A stretch of 64,000 bases of DNA from Candidatus Zixiibacteriota bacterium (GTDB lineage: Bacteria > Electryoneota > B3-LCP). The notes beneath the pieces were generated by a model. It had not been told where the DNA came from, ran no database searches, and saw only the letters and a list, made by a program, of their open reading frames with translations. How positions within the stretch are numbered: the first letter of the stretch is position 1; each line of letters opens with the position of its first letter. This document shows, piece after piece, positions 8,907-18,276 of the stretch. The stretch covers positions 6,124 through 70,123 of the forward strand of contig QZKQ01000056.1 of NCBI GenBank assembly GCA_003599535.1. The letters are read 5' to 3'. Position numbers and translations under genes: made by a program.

Positions 8907-10412
8907 ATGATCAGACTGTCGTCGTTGCTGGCTGTCTTCGGTATTGGCCTGATGATCATCAGTCCGCTCTTGCTGCTTTGGCATCCTGACTGGATGTCGT
9001 TTCAATCCATCCTGGCCTCCGACGGTATGTTTGACGGCTTTATCCTATATGGCCTCAAAGGATTGCCGCTGGGATTACTCTTGGCCGGATCATTCCTGGT
9101 TCTGGCCAGTGTGGTAGTGTACATCATGGAGCGCAAAGCCGGGAAACTGCTGGAATACAGCACGAGGACATTTTTAACGGCGTTGATCATCATCAAGATG
9201 TGTCTGTGTCTGATAACCATCGGTGTCACTCCCTATAACATTGGCAAGTATGATGCCTACTCCAATTTCCATTACGCCAAGAACCTGGCGGAGGGTGAAC
9301 CGGTGGTGTCACCCGAAGGCCGGCCCACCGCCTGGTGGCCCATCGGATACCCGCTGCTGCTTAGCCTGTTTTTCCGTATCCTTGGGGTAAAAGTATGGGT
9401 GGCGCAGGTCATTAACGCCGGCATTCTGACGTTGACGATGGTGTTGACTTTCTACTGGGTTCGAGACTTGATGGGAATCCGAATCGCGCAAAAGGCCGCA
9501 CTGGTGTTGACCCTGCTTCCCTCCCAGACTTTCTATGCCGTCCCCTTAATGTCCGACATGTTCTTCGGATTGTTGCTGCTGGCTTTGCTCTGGGTAATCA
9601 CCAAAAAAGCCACCGGATACAATGCGTCACTGGCCGGGCTGCTTCTGGGCCTGGCGATGCTGACGCGTCCCACCCTATTATTTTTCCCCTTGGTACTACT
9701 CCTGTACCGCCTGGTAAGAGACAAGGATTGGAAGAGAGCCCTGGTCCATGCCGTCATCATCATCCTGGCCGCCGAAGCCGTGTTGTTGCCCTGGCAAATT
9801 CGGAATTACCGGCTGTTCCACCAGTTCGTACTCGTTTCAACCAATGGGGGGCATCATCTGTGGATGGGAAATAATCCGCAGGCCCGAGGCGGGTTCTTAC
9901 CCGTGGAATGGCACGCGACGAGACAACAGTTGAAATACATGAGCACGCTTTCGGAGGCTGAAGCGGATCGCTACGCTTTGCGACAAGGGTTGAATTATAT
10001 AGCGCAGCATCCCCTCCAAGCCATTCAGGTATGGCCCAAAAAATTGTTTTACCTGCTCTTCAAAGACAGCCGGTCTGTGGCGACGGCGATCGCGGATACT
10101 CACATTAAGATAGCCCCGGCCGTAATCATTGGAATGCTGGGGGCCACCGAAGGATTCTATACGGCGGTGCTGCTCTGTTTCTTCCTTTCCTGGGTGGCGC
10201 TGATACGCAGGGAGAGGGCCTCGCCGCGGAATGTCCTCCTTAGCGGCACCGTGCTTTACTTTCTGATGATCACGGTGGCCTTCATCGCCGAAGGGCGATA
10301 CCACCAGCCGTTGGTACCGATCTTCGTGCTGTTGGCGGTATGGAATCCATCCACCCCGAGCGAAGAGCAGGCCGCGGCCGCCGGCCTTGAATCCGTTCAC
10401 CCGGCAGCGTGA
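8907..10412 (+). CDS. GT39/ArnT-like membrane glycosyltransferase (PMT_2 family)
   Basis: About 500-aa polytopic membrane protein. GYPLLLSLFFRILG...LTLTMVLTFYWVRDLMG...FYAVPLMSDMFFGLLLLALLWV is consistent with phospholipid-carrier-dependent glycosyltransferases. Start at 8907 has RBS gaggaa; the ORF is open from 8754. Confidence 0.55.
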   Translation: MIRLSSLLAVFGIGLMIISPLLLLWHPDWMSFQSILASDGMFDGFILYGLKGLPLGLLLAGSFLVLASVVVYIMERKAGKLLEYSTRTFLTALIIIKMCLCLITIGVTPYNIGKYDAYSNFHYAKNLAEGEPVVSPEGRPTAWWPIGYPLLLSLFFRILGVKVWVAQVINAGILTLTMVLTFYWVRDLMGIRIAQKAALVLTLLPSQTFYAVPLMSDMFFGLLLLALLWVITKKATGYNASLAGLLLGLAMLTRPTLLFFPLVLLLYRLVRDKDWKRALVHAVIIILAAEAVLLPWQIRNYRLFHQFVLVSTNGGHHLWMGNNPQARGGFLPVEWHATRQQLKYMSTLSEAEADRYALRQGLNYIAQHPLQAIQVWPKKLFYLLFKDSRSVATAIADTHIKIAPAVIIGMLGATEGFYTAVLLCFFLSWVALIRRERASPRNVLLSGTVLYFLMITVAFIAEGRYHQPLVPIFVLLAVWNPSTPSEEQAAAAGLESVHPAA

Positions 10413-10572
10413 GCGCTGCCGCGCGTTCACCCGCGAAACCGTTGTTGAACCTAGCGTCATTCCCGGTCCGGCCTTGAACCCCCCGAATTCTCCCGGTGGA
10501 GGAGGAATCGGAAGACCGGCCGAGGGAGAATAATCCGCATCATTCCAACCCCTTCCTCAAAGGAGACCCGCA

Positions 10573-10881
10573 ATGTTTGAGCAGGATGAAGAATCCCGGT
10601 TGCCGTTCCCGACCCGGCAGATCGTCATGAACGGCGAGCTCGTCGAAGAGTACCTCATTCCGGATCACCACAAAGCCGCGGTGCTGCGCGATATTTACCT
10701 GGGCGAACCGGTGCCGAGGCTGGACGAGGAGCGCTTCGATCTGCATTCCGGCAAGAAATTCGTCGTCCGCGACTTCCGCGTCACCCGGGAAAACGGACGC
10801 AACTGGCTGGTCAGCCCCTACTACGAAGAGGGCGGGGGCACGGTCATTGACTGGATGCCGGCGGACTGGAGCAAGGCGTAG
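10573..10881 (+). CDS. hypothetical protein
   Basis: AGGAG RBS and clean codon usage; no recognisable motif. Confidence 0.45.
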   Translation: MFEQDEESRLPFPTRQIVMNGELVEEYLIPDHHKAAVLRDIYLGEPVPRLDEERFDLHSGKKFVVRDFRVTRENGRNWLVSPYYEEGGGTVIDWMPADWSKA

Positions 10882-10994
10882 ACCGCGCCTTCATATCTCT
10901 GGATATACCCTTCCCTGTCACGAGAACGTTCTAAACCAGGCGGCCGTCATCTTCGTGAAAAACCGGGTGGCGGCCGCCGGATATCCTGAGCCTC

Positions 10995-12062
10995 ATGAAC
11001 CTTTCAGATCTCGGCTTTGACGCGTGGTTCCGGGACAGGCTGTCTTCGGAAGTCCAAGCCGGCCATTCCCTGGCCCGCGTCACGGCCGTCAACCGCGACA
11101 ACTGCCTGATCCGGAACGAAACTTCCGAAGTTCCGGCCGAAATGACCGGCCGCCTGCTGTACTCGACCGAATCCACCCTGGACCTGCCCGTGGTGGGGGA
11201 CTGGGTCCTGGCGGACTACTTCGACGATGGAGGCGGTGCTGTCATTCACGCGGTGCTGCCGCGCAAATCCTTCCTGCGGCGCAAAACCGCCGGCAAGAAG
11301 GTGGATTACCAGATGATCGCCGCCAATCTCGACGCTGCCTTCATCACGCAGGCGTGCACCCAGGATTTCAACCTGCACCGGCTGGAGCGTTACCTGGTCA
11401 TGGTCCACGAAGGGCGGGTCGAACCGGTCGTGCTGCTGACCAAGGCCGATCTGGTCAGCCCCGAGGAGCTGGAGAGCCGCCTGGCCACGGTGTGCGCCCT
11501 GGATTCCTCCGGCCGCGTCCTGGCCGTCAGCAACGTCACGGGCTATGGCCTGGACCTGTTGCGGCAGATGCTCGAGCCGGGTAAAACCTACGGCCTGCTG
11601 GGCTCGTCCGGAGTGGGCAAGTCCACGCTCATCAACCGCCTGGCCGGCCGCGATCTCCTGGCCACCGGCGCCGTCCGGGATTTCGACGGGAAGGGCCGCC
11701 ACACCACTTCCCGCCGTGAACTGATCGTCCTGGACGGCGGCGCCATGCTGGTTGATACCCCCGGCATGAAGGTACTGGGCAACATGGACGCCGGGGAAGG
11801 CCTGGAGGCGACCTTCGCTGATCTCCACGCCCTGGCCGCGGACTGCCGCTTCGACGATTGCACCCACACCCGCGAGTCCGGCTGCGCGCTGCTGGCGGCG
11901 GTCCGGTCCGGGCAGGTGGACGAGGACCGCTACCAGGGCTACCTGAAGCTGCTGAAGGAAGGGGAATTCAACCAGTTGTCCTACGCCGGCAGGCGCAAGA
12001 AGGATCGCGACTTCGGCCGCTTCATCAAGATCGCCAAGAAAGATCTGAAGGCGAGGCGGTGA
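10995..12062 (+). CDS. rsgA: ribosome small-subunit-dependent GTPase A
   Basis: Circularly permuted GTPase motifs (GLLGSSGVGKSTLINRL; DTPGM) and C-terminal zinc finger CRFDDCTHTRESGCAL. Confidence 0.85.
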   Translation: MNLSDLGFDAWFRDRLSSEVQAGHSLARVTAVNRDNCLIRNETSEVPAEMTGRLLYSTESTLDLPVVGDWVLADYFDDGGGAVIHAVLPRKSFLRRKTAGKKVDYQMIAANLDAAFITQACTQDFNLHRLERYLVMVHEGRVEPVVLLTKADLVSPEELESRLATVCALDSSGRVLAVSNVTGYGLDLLRQMLEPGKTYGLLGSSGVGKSTLINRLAGRDLLATGAVRDFDGKGRHTTSRRELIVLDGGAMLVDTPGMKVLGNMDAGEGLEATFADLHALAADCRFDDCTHTRESGCALLAAVRSGQVDEDRYQGYLKLLKEGEFNQLSYAGRRKKDRDFGRFIKIAKKDLKARR

Positions 12063-12099
12063 GAGCCGCATAGGCAGAATGTCGGCCCAACGGAGGTGG

Positions 12100-12345
12100 C
12101 TGTGTCGGGGCGATGCATTTGCCGCGATGAGGCCTCGAATGCCGATGGGGCCGCCAATCCCTGCAGAGGCCGGCATCACAGGAATTGGAGGGCAAATGCT
12201 TCGCCCTGAAGGGAGGTGGCTCGGCTTGGATAAGGGCGAAGCATCTGCGCAACGGGTAAACGATGCAGCCATTGGCTGGAGATGATACTCTGGTAAGAGT
12301 CAGCGGCCTCTTCCGGGCAGATGCATCGCCCCTACGCGACGATCC
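12100..12345. repeat. interspersed structured repeat element, copy A (4 alternating ~17-bp units)
   Basis: Units ggggcgatgcatttgcc (12107), gggcaaatgcttcgccc (12190), gggcgaagcatctgcgca (12234) and ggcagatgcatcgcccc (12316). The same four-unit order recurs inverted at 42280-42520 and partly at 60427-60533. Confidence 0.7.
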
Positions 12346-12428
12346 CCCGGCCTCTTCCCAGGAATGCCACGCAGTGGTCCCTGCCACGCGGTGGCCACTT
12401 CGTGGCGGGAAATTCCTGGGCTACGATC

Positions 12429-13328
12429 ATGCTACCCACTGAAGTGGGTGCAATTAAAATATCCGCCATGCAAGGTAATTTCACCGCCGACCCCGGCCTG
12501 TACGAGGCCCTGTTTGACCTCCTGGACCTCGTCTTCCCCGGCCTCCGGCAGGGGGCGCAGGAGATCCGTCGCCTGGGAATCGCCTGGGAAGCCGTCTCCA
12601 CCCCCTTCGTGCATTTCGAGCACGGGAAAGTGGTGTCCCACGTGGGGGTCATTGAACTGCCCCTGGTGGCGATGGGCCGTCCCGTGACCGTCGGATCGGT
12701 GCACGCCGTGGCCACCCACCCGGATTACCGCCGCCGCGGCTATTACGACCGGCGGATGCGCGAACTGCTGGAGTACGCCTCCGGCCGCTGGGAGGCGCTG
12801 ATTCTCACCACCGAGCACCCCGAGTACTTCACCCCGTTCGGTTTCCGGCACGTCCCCGAGCAATGTTTTTTCCAGCCGGTCAACCTCGGCCGCAGCGACC
12901 GGTTGCGCCCCTTGAACCTCCGGGATTCCGCCGATGTTGTGCTCCTGCACCGCCTGCTGGACACCCGCGAACCGGTCTCCCAGGTGGTCGGGGTCGGCCC
13001 GGAGAAGGCGGTGTTCTGCTTCAACGAGGCCCGCCGCCCGCTGTACTATGCGGAAAGCCTGGATGCCCTTATCTGCCTGGAGCGGGAGGATTCGGCTTTG
13101 CACCTGTACGACATCGTAACCCCGCACCTGCCCGCCCTGCAGGACCTAGCGGCCGTGCTGCCGGGGGCAAACGAGCTCATCTTTCACTTCGCTCCGGACC
13201 GTTTCGCCCCTCAGGCCCGCGCCGTTCCCTACCTGCTGGATCACGACGGCCCCTCGTACCTGATGGTGCGCGGGCCGCTCGCGGCGGAAGGGGAGGCGTT
13301 CACGCTGCCGAGAGGGGCGAGGACGTGA
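12429..13328 (+). CDS. GNAT-family N-acetyltransferase (two-domain, Eis-like)
   Basis: HAVATHPDYRRRGYYDRRMRELLEYA resembles the acetyl-CoA-binding motif. The start is uncertain, since the ORF is open from 12321. Confidence 0.5.
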   Translation: MLPTEVGAIKISAMQGNFTADPGLYEALFDLLDLVFPGLRQGAQEIRRLGIAWEAVSTPFVHFEHGKVVSHVGVIELPLVAMGRPVTVGSVHAVATHPDYRRRGYYDRRMRELLEYASGRWEALILTTEHPEYFTPFGFRHVPEQCFFQPVNLGRSDRLRPLNLRDSADVVLLHRLLDTREPVSQVVGVGPEKAVFCFNEARRPLYYAESLDALICLEREDSALHLYDIVTPHLPALQDLAAVLPGANELIFHFAPDRFAPQARAVPYLLDHDGPSYLMVRGPLAAEGEAFTLPRGART

Positions 13329-13371
13329 GGAAGTGGGAAGGGGGTTTGGAAAGAAAAAGAAGAAATAACGC

Positions 13372-13400
13372 TTGATCTGCGTGAATATTTGCACTATTAT
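13372..13400 (+). promoter_or_regulatory. sigma70-like promoter of the TIR fusion gene
   Basis: TTGATC (13372-13377), a 17-nt spacer, TATTAT (13395-13400). RBS GGGAGGA lies just before the ATG at 13484. Confidence 0.45.
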
Positions 13401-13483
13401 AAAATTAAGTAGCCGGACTTATACTTACATCCGCTGGGATAAGTGGAGGCGCCGGCATCGCAATCAGCAGGGAGGATCCGATT

Positions 13484-16483
13484 ATGCATTTGCACTTGGA
13501 AAAATCCGTATGGATGGATGCGCGTGAGACACTATCTTTGGATGCGATTATGCATCAAGCCACCACTTCACTCATCATTTCTGGTCATACACTGTATAAA
13601 TTTGCTTCCGATTTATATGTTAAGAACGCTCTGGTTGATCTTTTGGCGCGCAATGTACGAGTTACTCTGGTTCTCTTGAATCCATATTCCAGCTACAGCT
13701 ATGCCCATAGACCCTTTCACGATCTGGAAAGCCAGGGCGTACCGTATAAGAGCCAGATGCATAAAACCATCGATTTTGTTCATGAAATCTCCACCAGTTT
13801 AGGTCATCCCCAGACTTTCAATGTGTACTTGACACAATACATGCCAAGATTCCGTACCATCCTCATTGATGACAGTATTTGCCATGTTCAATTGTACATG
13901 TACGGCAAGGACGTCAGCCTCACGCCGGAATTAGTCATCACCGAACAAAGTCAGACTCCCTGGTTTGGAGTTATTCGGGATTCTTTACAGGAAATGTTAA
14001 AATCCGTTGATGTCATTCCGTTAATAAAAGACGGAAGATACAATGAGAACTGGGATAACAGCCAAATTGCCGACGGGCTCAAAAAATGCCTGCATACCAA
14101 GTGTTGCCGGGATCAACGTAATTTTTGGAGCACCATTGAAACCATAATTCTTGGTTATCAGAATAATCCCCAGCGAAGAAATGAAAATGGTCTGTATGAT
14201 GAGGACTACACACCCGGGACATTCACCCTGGACTGTATCTCCCCCGCCACTCAATATATTAACCCTCGGATGAGCTTCGATAGGTGGCTCGACAGAGTCC
14301 TCGATGATGAGATAGCCCTGATAAAGGCACATCAAGCCGAACTGTTTTATAGATACTCTGAATCTGACCTGCGCGTGGACGTGCGACGGGTTCTGGATCT
14401 ATGCCGCATCGATGGCAATCCTTTAAAATGTAATATCTGGCTACAGGAGTACTCCGATATCATCAGGCGAATACTATTTACCTTGCTGGTAAACAATCCT
14501 GATCATGAACTGAATACCTGTCCGCAGTTGACGCATGAGCGACAAGAATTGATCATTGATGCCATTAATTGGTTGGAGAAAAATCGCCAGCCATCCATCA
14601 AACAATGGTTACACCTCTCCATTGCGGCAGGTTTGCTGGGGATCAATGAAAAATCCACCCATGCCGCTACCTCTTCCATCGAGCATCACGGAGCGATAGT
14701 CCTTGAACGACCTGGGGAATCACGGGCGGAGGCGATTTCCAGGGTGGGACAGGATCTGTGGGAAACGGCCAATAGTAATTGCCGAATCGACGCTTCCGAT
14801 TTTTTCTTGAACGTTTTAAGCTCAGCATACGGTAACTTTAAACTCGCGGTATTCTTGGATGATTTCCTGGAGTCGGTGGTCGCCTTGAAGTATTATCAGG
14901 AGCTGCTAAGAATGTATCCCAGCCTGGAAATTGATTGTATACCAAGATCCATTCGCTGTGGCAACGACGCGACATTTGATGACCTGCAGATACTACTGCC
15001 ACGGTTTCCCGACCTGGCAAGATCGAACCGCTTTCGCATCGTTGAAAAAGGCCCTAAAATCGGGGGCGTCAACCTGCTGAAGATCCACCCTGAGGTTACT
15101 CAGGTGATAGATCAGGCTTCGGCTTTGGACGTGCGGGGAGCCAGGAACTATGAAATGATGCAGGGAATTATGAAGGAAGCCTATTTTGGATTCATGGTGT
15201 GCCGTGAAATCAGCGAATCCGTTACCGGGCTTTTTGCGCCGGATCGTCCCCTGATCTATATCCATCATACACCCGGGGAACGATCTTTTGATGGGTTTAA
15301 ACTCCGGCATGAACGCAACCAAAACGGGCGTATGCTGGCCAAAACTACTGTGAACGATCAGAAGGAAAAATGGGGAGGAGGTTCGGGATGGCTATTGCAC
15401 CATCAATCGGATAACTACCGTAATCGATACCAGATTTTAAGCTCATTTTACAGCCAGCAAGCCCCGAATTTTCATGCCAAGTTCGGCGCACTGCTGGAAT
15501 CAGAGGTCGAAGGATTTCTGGATAAGCTAAATGGGCGGGTCCTGGTAATAGGTTGTGGTTCCGGCAAGGAGGTGGAATATCTGCGACAGAAAGGCCGTGA
15601 CGTTTGGGGATTCGATTTCAGTCCGGATGCCATCGCCTTGGCGCGGCAGAGAAATATTCATCTGAAGAATCGGTTCTTCGTCGAGGATTTGTACAATATT
15701 GACACAATTATGCAAGGAGAATTCGATGGGATCGTGGCCAACGCGGTATTATTGCATCTCCTGGACCGCGATCATTTGGTCATGATCCTGGAGAAGATAC
15801 GGGCGCGATTGAAACCCTCTGGCCTCTGTTTTGTGCGGAATCTAGACAAGGAGGGGGGTGTAAAAGAGGAATTTGATAGTCGTCTTTATTACCAAGACCG
15901 GTGGTTTGTTTACTACACTGAAGATGAGCTGACGCAAGCAGCGCGAAGGGCTGGATTCTCCATACTTGATCGCGTACGTCACCGCCACGCGGTGCATAAG
16001 GGGGTATACTGGCTATCATTATTGCTGAAAAACGGGACGATTACCCGGTTCAATTCTCTACCGATCGATACTGAAAATGAATGGGACATCTTTCTAGGTT
16101 ACGCCAGCGCTGATACCGCCGAGCTGGCCCAGGAAGTTTACATCCAATTAACGGAACAGACTTTTCACGTTTTCTTTGCCCCTTCGGCGGTCAAAACAGG
16201 AACAGAACTTCCAGTTAAGGTCTCGCAGGCCCTCAATCACTGCCGGTATTTCGTTGCCCTGATTTCTCCGGAATACGAAAGATCAGGCTGGTGTAAATTG
16301 GAACTGAACCAGAGGGTCACCCGAGATACAAATAGCGATACCCCCACAATTTTGCCATTTCTGATCGGGGGAGCGGAGATACCATCGGTGATATCGCACC
16401 TTGCTTATAAAGAATTCCCCAATAGTCAGACCAGCGCTTCGCGAATAGTCCAAGAAATTCTGGGAAAGATCAATAAAGAGTAA
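13484..16483 (+). CDS. 999-aa multidomain protein: unknown N-domain + DUF89/ARMT1-like + class I SAM methyltransferase + C-terminal TIR domain
   Basis: TIR hallmarks at the C-terminus (WDIFLGYASADTAEL...HCRYFVALISPEYERSGWCKLELN with conserved Glu). MTase motif I VLVIGCGSGKEVEYL. DUF89-like motifs LAVFLDDFLESVVALKYY and VRGARNYEMMQG. The coding region is markedly AT-rich compared with its neighbours. Confidence 0.85.
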   Translation: MHLHLEKSVWMDARETLSLDAIMHQATTSLIISGHTLYKFASDLYVKNALVDLLARNVRVTLVLLNPYSSYSYAHRPFHDLESQGVPYKSQMHKTIDFVHEISTSLGHPQTFNVYLTQYMPRFRTILIDDSICHVQLYMYGKDVSLTPELVITEQSQTPWFGVIRDSLQEMLKSVDVIPLIKDGRYNENWDNSQIADGLKKCLHTKCCRDQRNFWSTIETIILGYQNNPQRRNENGLYDEDYTPGTFTLDCISPATQYINPRMSFDRWLDRVLDDEIALIKAHQAELFYRYSESDLRVDVRRVLDLCRIDGNPLKCNIWLQEYSDIIRRILFTLLVNNPDHELNTCPQLTHERQELIIDAINWLEKNRQPSIKQWLHLSIAAGLLGINEKSTHAATSSIEHHGAIVLERPGESRAEAISRVGQDLWETANSNCRIDASDFFLNVLSSAYGNFKLAVFLDDFLESVVALKYYQELLRMYPSLEIDCIPRSIRCGNDATFDDLQILLPRFPDLARSNRFRIVEKGPKIGGVNLLKIHPEVTQVIDQASALDVRGARNYEMMQGIMKEAYFGFMVCREISESVTGLFAPDRPLIYIHHTPGERSFDGFKLRHERNQNGRMLAKTTVNDQKEKWGGGSGWLLHHQSDNYRNRYQILSSFYSQQAPNFHAKFGALLESEVEGFLDKLNGRVLVIGCGSGKEVEYLRQKGRDVWGFDFSPDAIALARQRNIHLKNRFFVEDLYNIDTIMQGEFDGIVANAVLLHLLDRDHLVMILEKIRARLKPSGLCFVRNLDKEGGVKEEFDSRLYYQDRWFVYYTEDELTQAARRAGFSILDRVRHRHAVHKGVYWLSLLLKNGTITRFNSLPIDTENEWDIFLGYASADTAELAQEVYIQLTEQTFHVFFAPSAVKTGTELPVKVSQALNHCRYFVALISPEYERSGWCKLELNQRVTRDTNSDTPTILPFLIGGAEIPSVISHLAYKEFPNSQTSASRIVQEILGKINKE

Positions 16484-16744
16484 TTTTATATACCTGAATG
16501 CGATAATGCTTGATTATTCGCCATATTCCGGTCGCTGGACCGCTGTATGTTTTGGTCAAAGTGAACGGATCCTGACTTGTTAATCACTGGCCACCCTATG
16601 GGATCATTACCTGATGAAACCCGCTATCCCCTGGATCGCCAACCAGCATCCGACACTTTCCCCCGGAGCCTCCCATGCCTTGCCTCCAGCTCCACACCCT
16701 CGCCGCCACCCGTCAACGCGTTGAATGAAACCACTGGAAATCCC

Positions 16745-17158
16745 ATGGATAATTCCGCTCTAAAAGCCCTTATCTGGCGCACCGTCCAGGCCCTGAACCG
16801 CACCTGGACCCGCGATCCCGAAGCCCGCGGTCTGGAACAGTACTTCCACCCCGGCATGGTAGCCATCACTCCCGCCGACCGCCTGCGCCTGGAGAGCGGC
16901 GAGGCCTGCCTGGCCGGATGGCGCAAGTTCGCCCGGGAATTTGAGGTGCTCCGCTGGGAGGAGAAAGACCCCGATGTGCGTTTCCACTGCGAGGGCCGCT
17001 GCGCCGTGGTGACCTACTACTACGGCTGCGAAATCCGCCTGCGCGGCGGCGGCCCCACCCTGGAAGTTCCCGGCCGGGATATGCTCGTTTTAGTCCTGGA
17101 GCAGGACCGCTGGCTGGTCGTGGCGGATCAGTTTTCGGGATTTCCCGGTCAGGGATAA
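16745..17158 (+). CDS. SnoaL-like / NTF2-fold (DUF4440-like) protein
   Basis: About 137 aa with the NTF2-like pattern (WTRDPEARGLEQYFHPGMVAITP...VTYYYGCEIRLRGGGPTLEVPGRDMLVLVLEQDRWLVV). The upstream in-frame region 16577-16744 looks non-coding. Confidence 0.5.
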   Translation: MDNSALKALIWRTVQALNRTWTRDPEARGLEQYFHPGMVAITPADRLRLESGEACLAGWRKFAREFEVLRWEEKDPDVRFHCEGRCAVVTYYYGCEIRLRGGGPTLEVPGRDMLVLVLEQDRWLVVADQFSGFPGQG

Positions 17159-17178
17159 CCTGCCCGTTCCAACCCGAG

Positions 17179-17625
17179 ATGATCATGTCGCTTTTCCACC
17201 GTTTGCTGCTGCTGGGCGGGATCTTCAGCCTGGCACTGGCGCTGTTTCAGGCGGTGATCTCGGTGTCGCCGGCCTGGAGCGTGTACTTCGGGGCGCCCGC
17301 CTCCATGGCCGCCCAGCCGCTCAAGCTGCTGGCCGCTGGCTGGATCGCCGCCCTGTTCTTCGCCCTGTTCGGCCTGTATGGCTTAAGCGCCGCGGGACGG
17401 TTCCGCCGCCTGCCGCTGCTGCGCTGGGGAATTCTGGCCATCGGGCTCCTCTACTTCCTGCGCGGAGTGATGGTGTTCCCGCAACTGGGCTCCGAAGGGA
17501 TGCCGGACCGGTTCATCGTCTATTCGGCGGTCTCCCTGGCCGCCGGGATCATCCACCTGGCCGGAGTGGCGGGCGCCTGGCGGACCATCCCCGGGAAGCA
17601 GAGCCGTGAGCCGCGCGCGGCGTAG
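17179..17625 (+). CDS. small polytopic membrane protein, hypothetical
   Basis: Four hydrophobic helices and a Gly/Ala/Leu-rich composition. Confidence 0.45.
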   Translation: MIMSLFHRLLLLGGIFSLALALFQAVISVSPAWSVYFGAPASMAAQPLKLLAAGWIAALFFALFGLYGLSAAGRFRRLPLLRWGILAIGLLYFLRGVMVFPQLGSEGMPDRFIVYSAVSLAAGIIHLAGVAGAWRTIPGKQSREPRAA

Positions 17626-17715
17626 CGCCGGGCCGAGTGCCTGGCCGAATCAATCCCCTCTGTGCCACTGCGTCCATCTGCGGTGAAAATGCCTCATTCT
17701 CCGGATTCGTCACCC

Positions 17716-18183
17716 ATGACCGACCCACTCGTCGAAACCTGGCTGATCAACCACCGCGTCAACCTGCGCCTGCTGGATAATTTGAGCGACGAAGCCCTGG
17801 CCGCCACCTTGTCCACCCGTGGCGGGCGCAGCGTGGGGATGCAACTGGCCCATGTGCACAATAACCGCCTCTACCACCTGGAAAACGCCGATAAGGAGCT
17901 CTACGGTACATTGGCCCTGATCCCCCGCGAGCAGGGGAACGACCGGGCCGCGCTGGCCGCCGGCCTGGTGGCTTCCGGCGAGGCCGTGGCCGAGCTGATC
18001 CGCCGCTGTCTGGCGGCGGGCGGGCAGATGAAGGGCTTCAAGCGCGGCCTCGTGGTTTTCACCGGCTACCTGATCGCCCACGAGGCCCACCACCGCGGCC
18101 ATGCCCTGCTGACGGTCAAGCAGTCCGGCCTGAAGATCCCCGAGGCGCTGAAATGGGGGTCATGGGAATGGAATAAAATTTGA
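17716..18183 (+). CDS. DinB-family (DinB_2) protein
   Basis: MQLAHVHNNRLYHL and HEAHHRGHALL His motifs. Alternative starts exist at 17662 and 17689. Confidence 0.6.
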   Translation: MTDPLVETWLINHRVNLRLLDNLSDEALAATLSTRGGRSVGMQLAHVHNNRLYHLENADKELYGTLALIPREQGNDRAALAAGLVASGEAVAELIRRCLAAGGQMKGFKRGLVVFTGYLIAHEAHHRGHALLTVKQSGLKIPEALKWGSWEWNKI

Positions 18184-18276
18184 TCCGGCAACATACCAGC
18201 GCCGGCACCCGCTGCCTCCCGGGTTGGTGCCTTCGCCTTCACCGGTAATTCAATCATGTTCTTAGGGGAGGTCCCC

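Noticed and set aside
11004-12272. 422-aa minus-strand ORF antisense to rsgA. Similar long antisense ORFs occur at 26802..28433, 42651..45353, 56556..58982, 37542..38990 and 7301..8749.
   Set aside because: These are typical stop-codon-poor antisense frames of high-GC DNA. Their translations are Gly/Arg/Pro/Ala-rich low-complexity sequence with no motifs, and they overlap strongly supported genes on the other strand.
12079-12387. Small ORFs 12079..12285 (plus strand) and 12025..12387 (minus strand) between rsgA and the GNAT gene.
   Set aside because: They lie entirely over the structured repeat element. The equivalent sequence at 42280-42520 and 60427-60533 is in other frames and non-coding.
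13146-13394. 82-aa minus-strand ORF (MQIFTQIKRYFFFFFP...) at the left edge of the AT-rich island.
   Set aside because: It is driven by an AT-rich homopolymer-like stretch, overlaps the GNAT gene end and the island promoter, and is not protein-like.
13484-14200. Calling the N-terminal ~230 aa of the TIR fusion protein a phospholipase-D (HKD) nuclease domain.
   Set aside because: There are segments reminiscent of PLD-like strands (RTILIDDSICHVQLY), but no H-x-K-x4-D-x6-G-S-x-N motif. It is left as an unknown domain.
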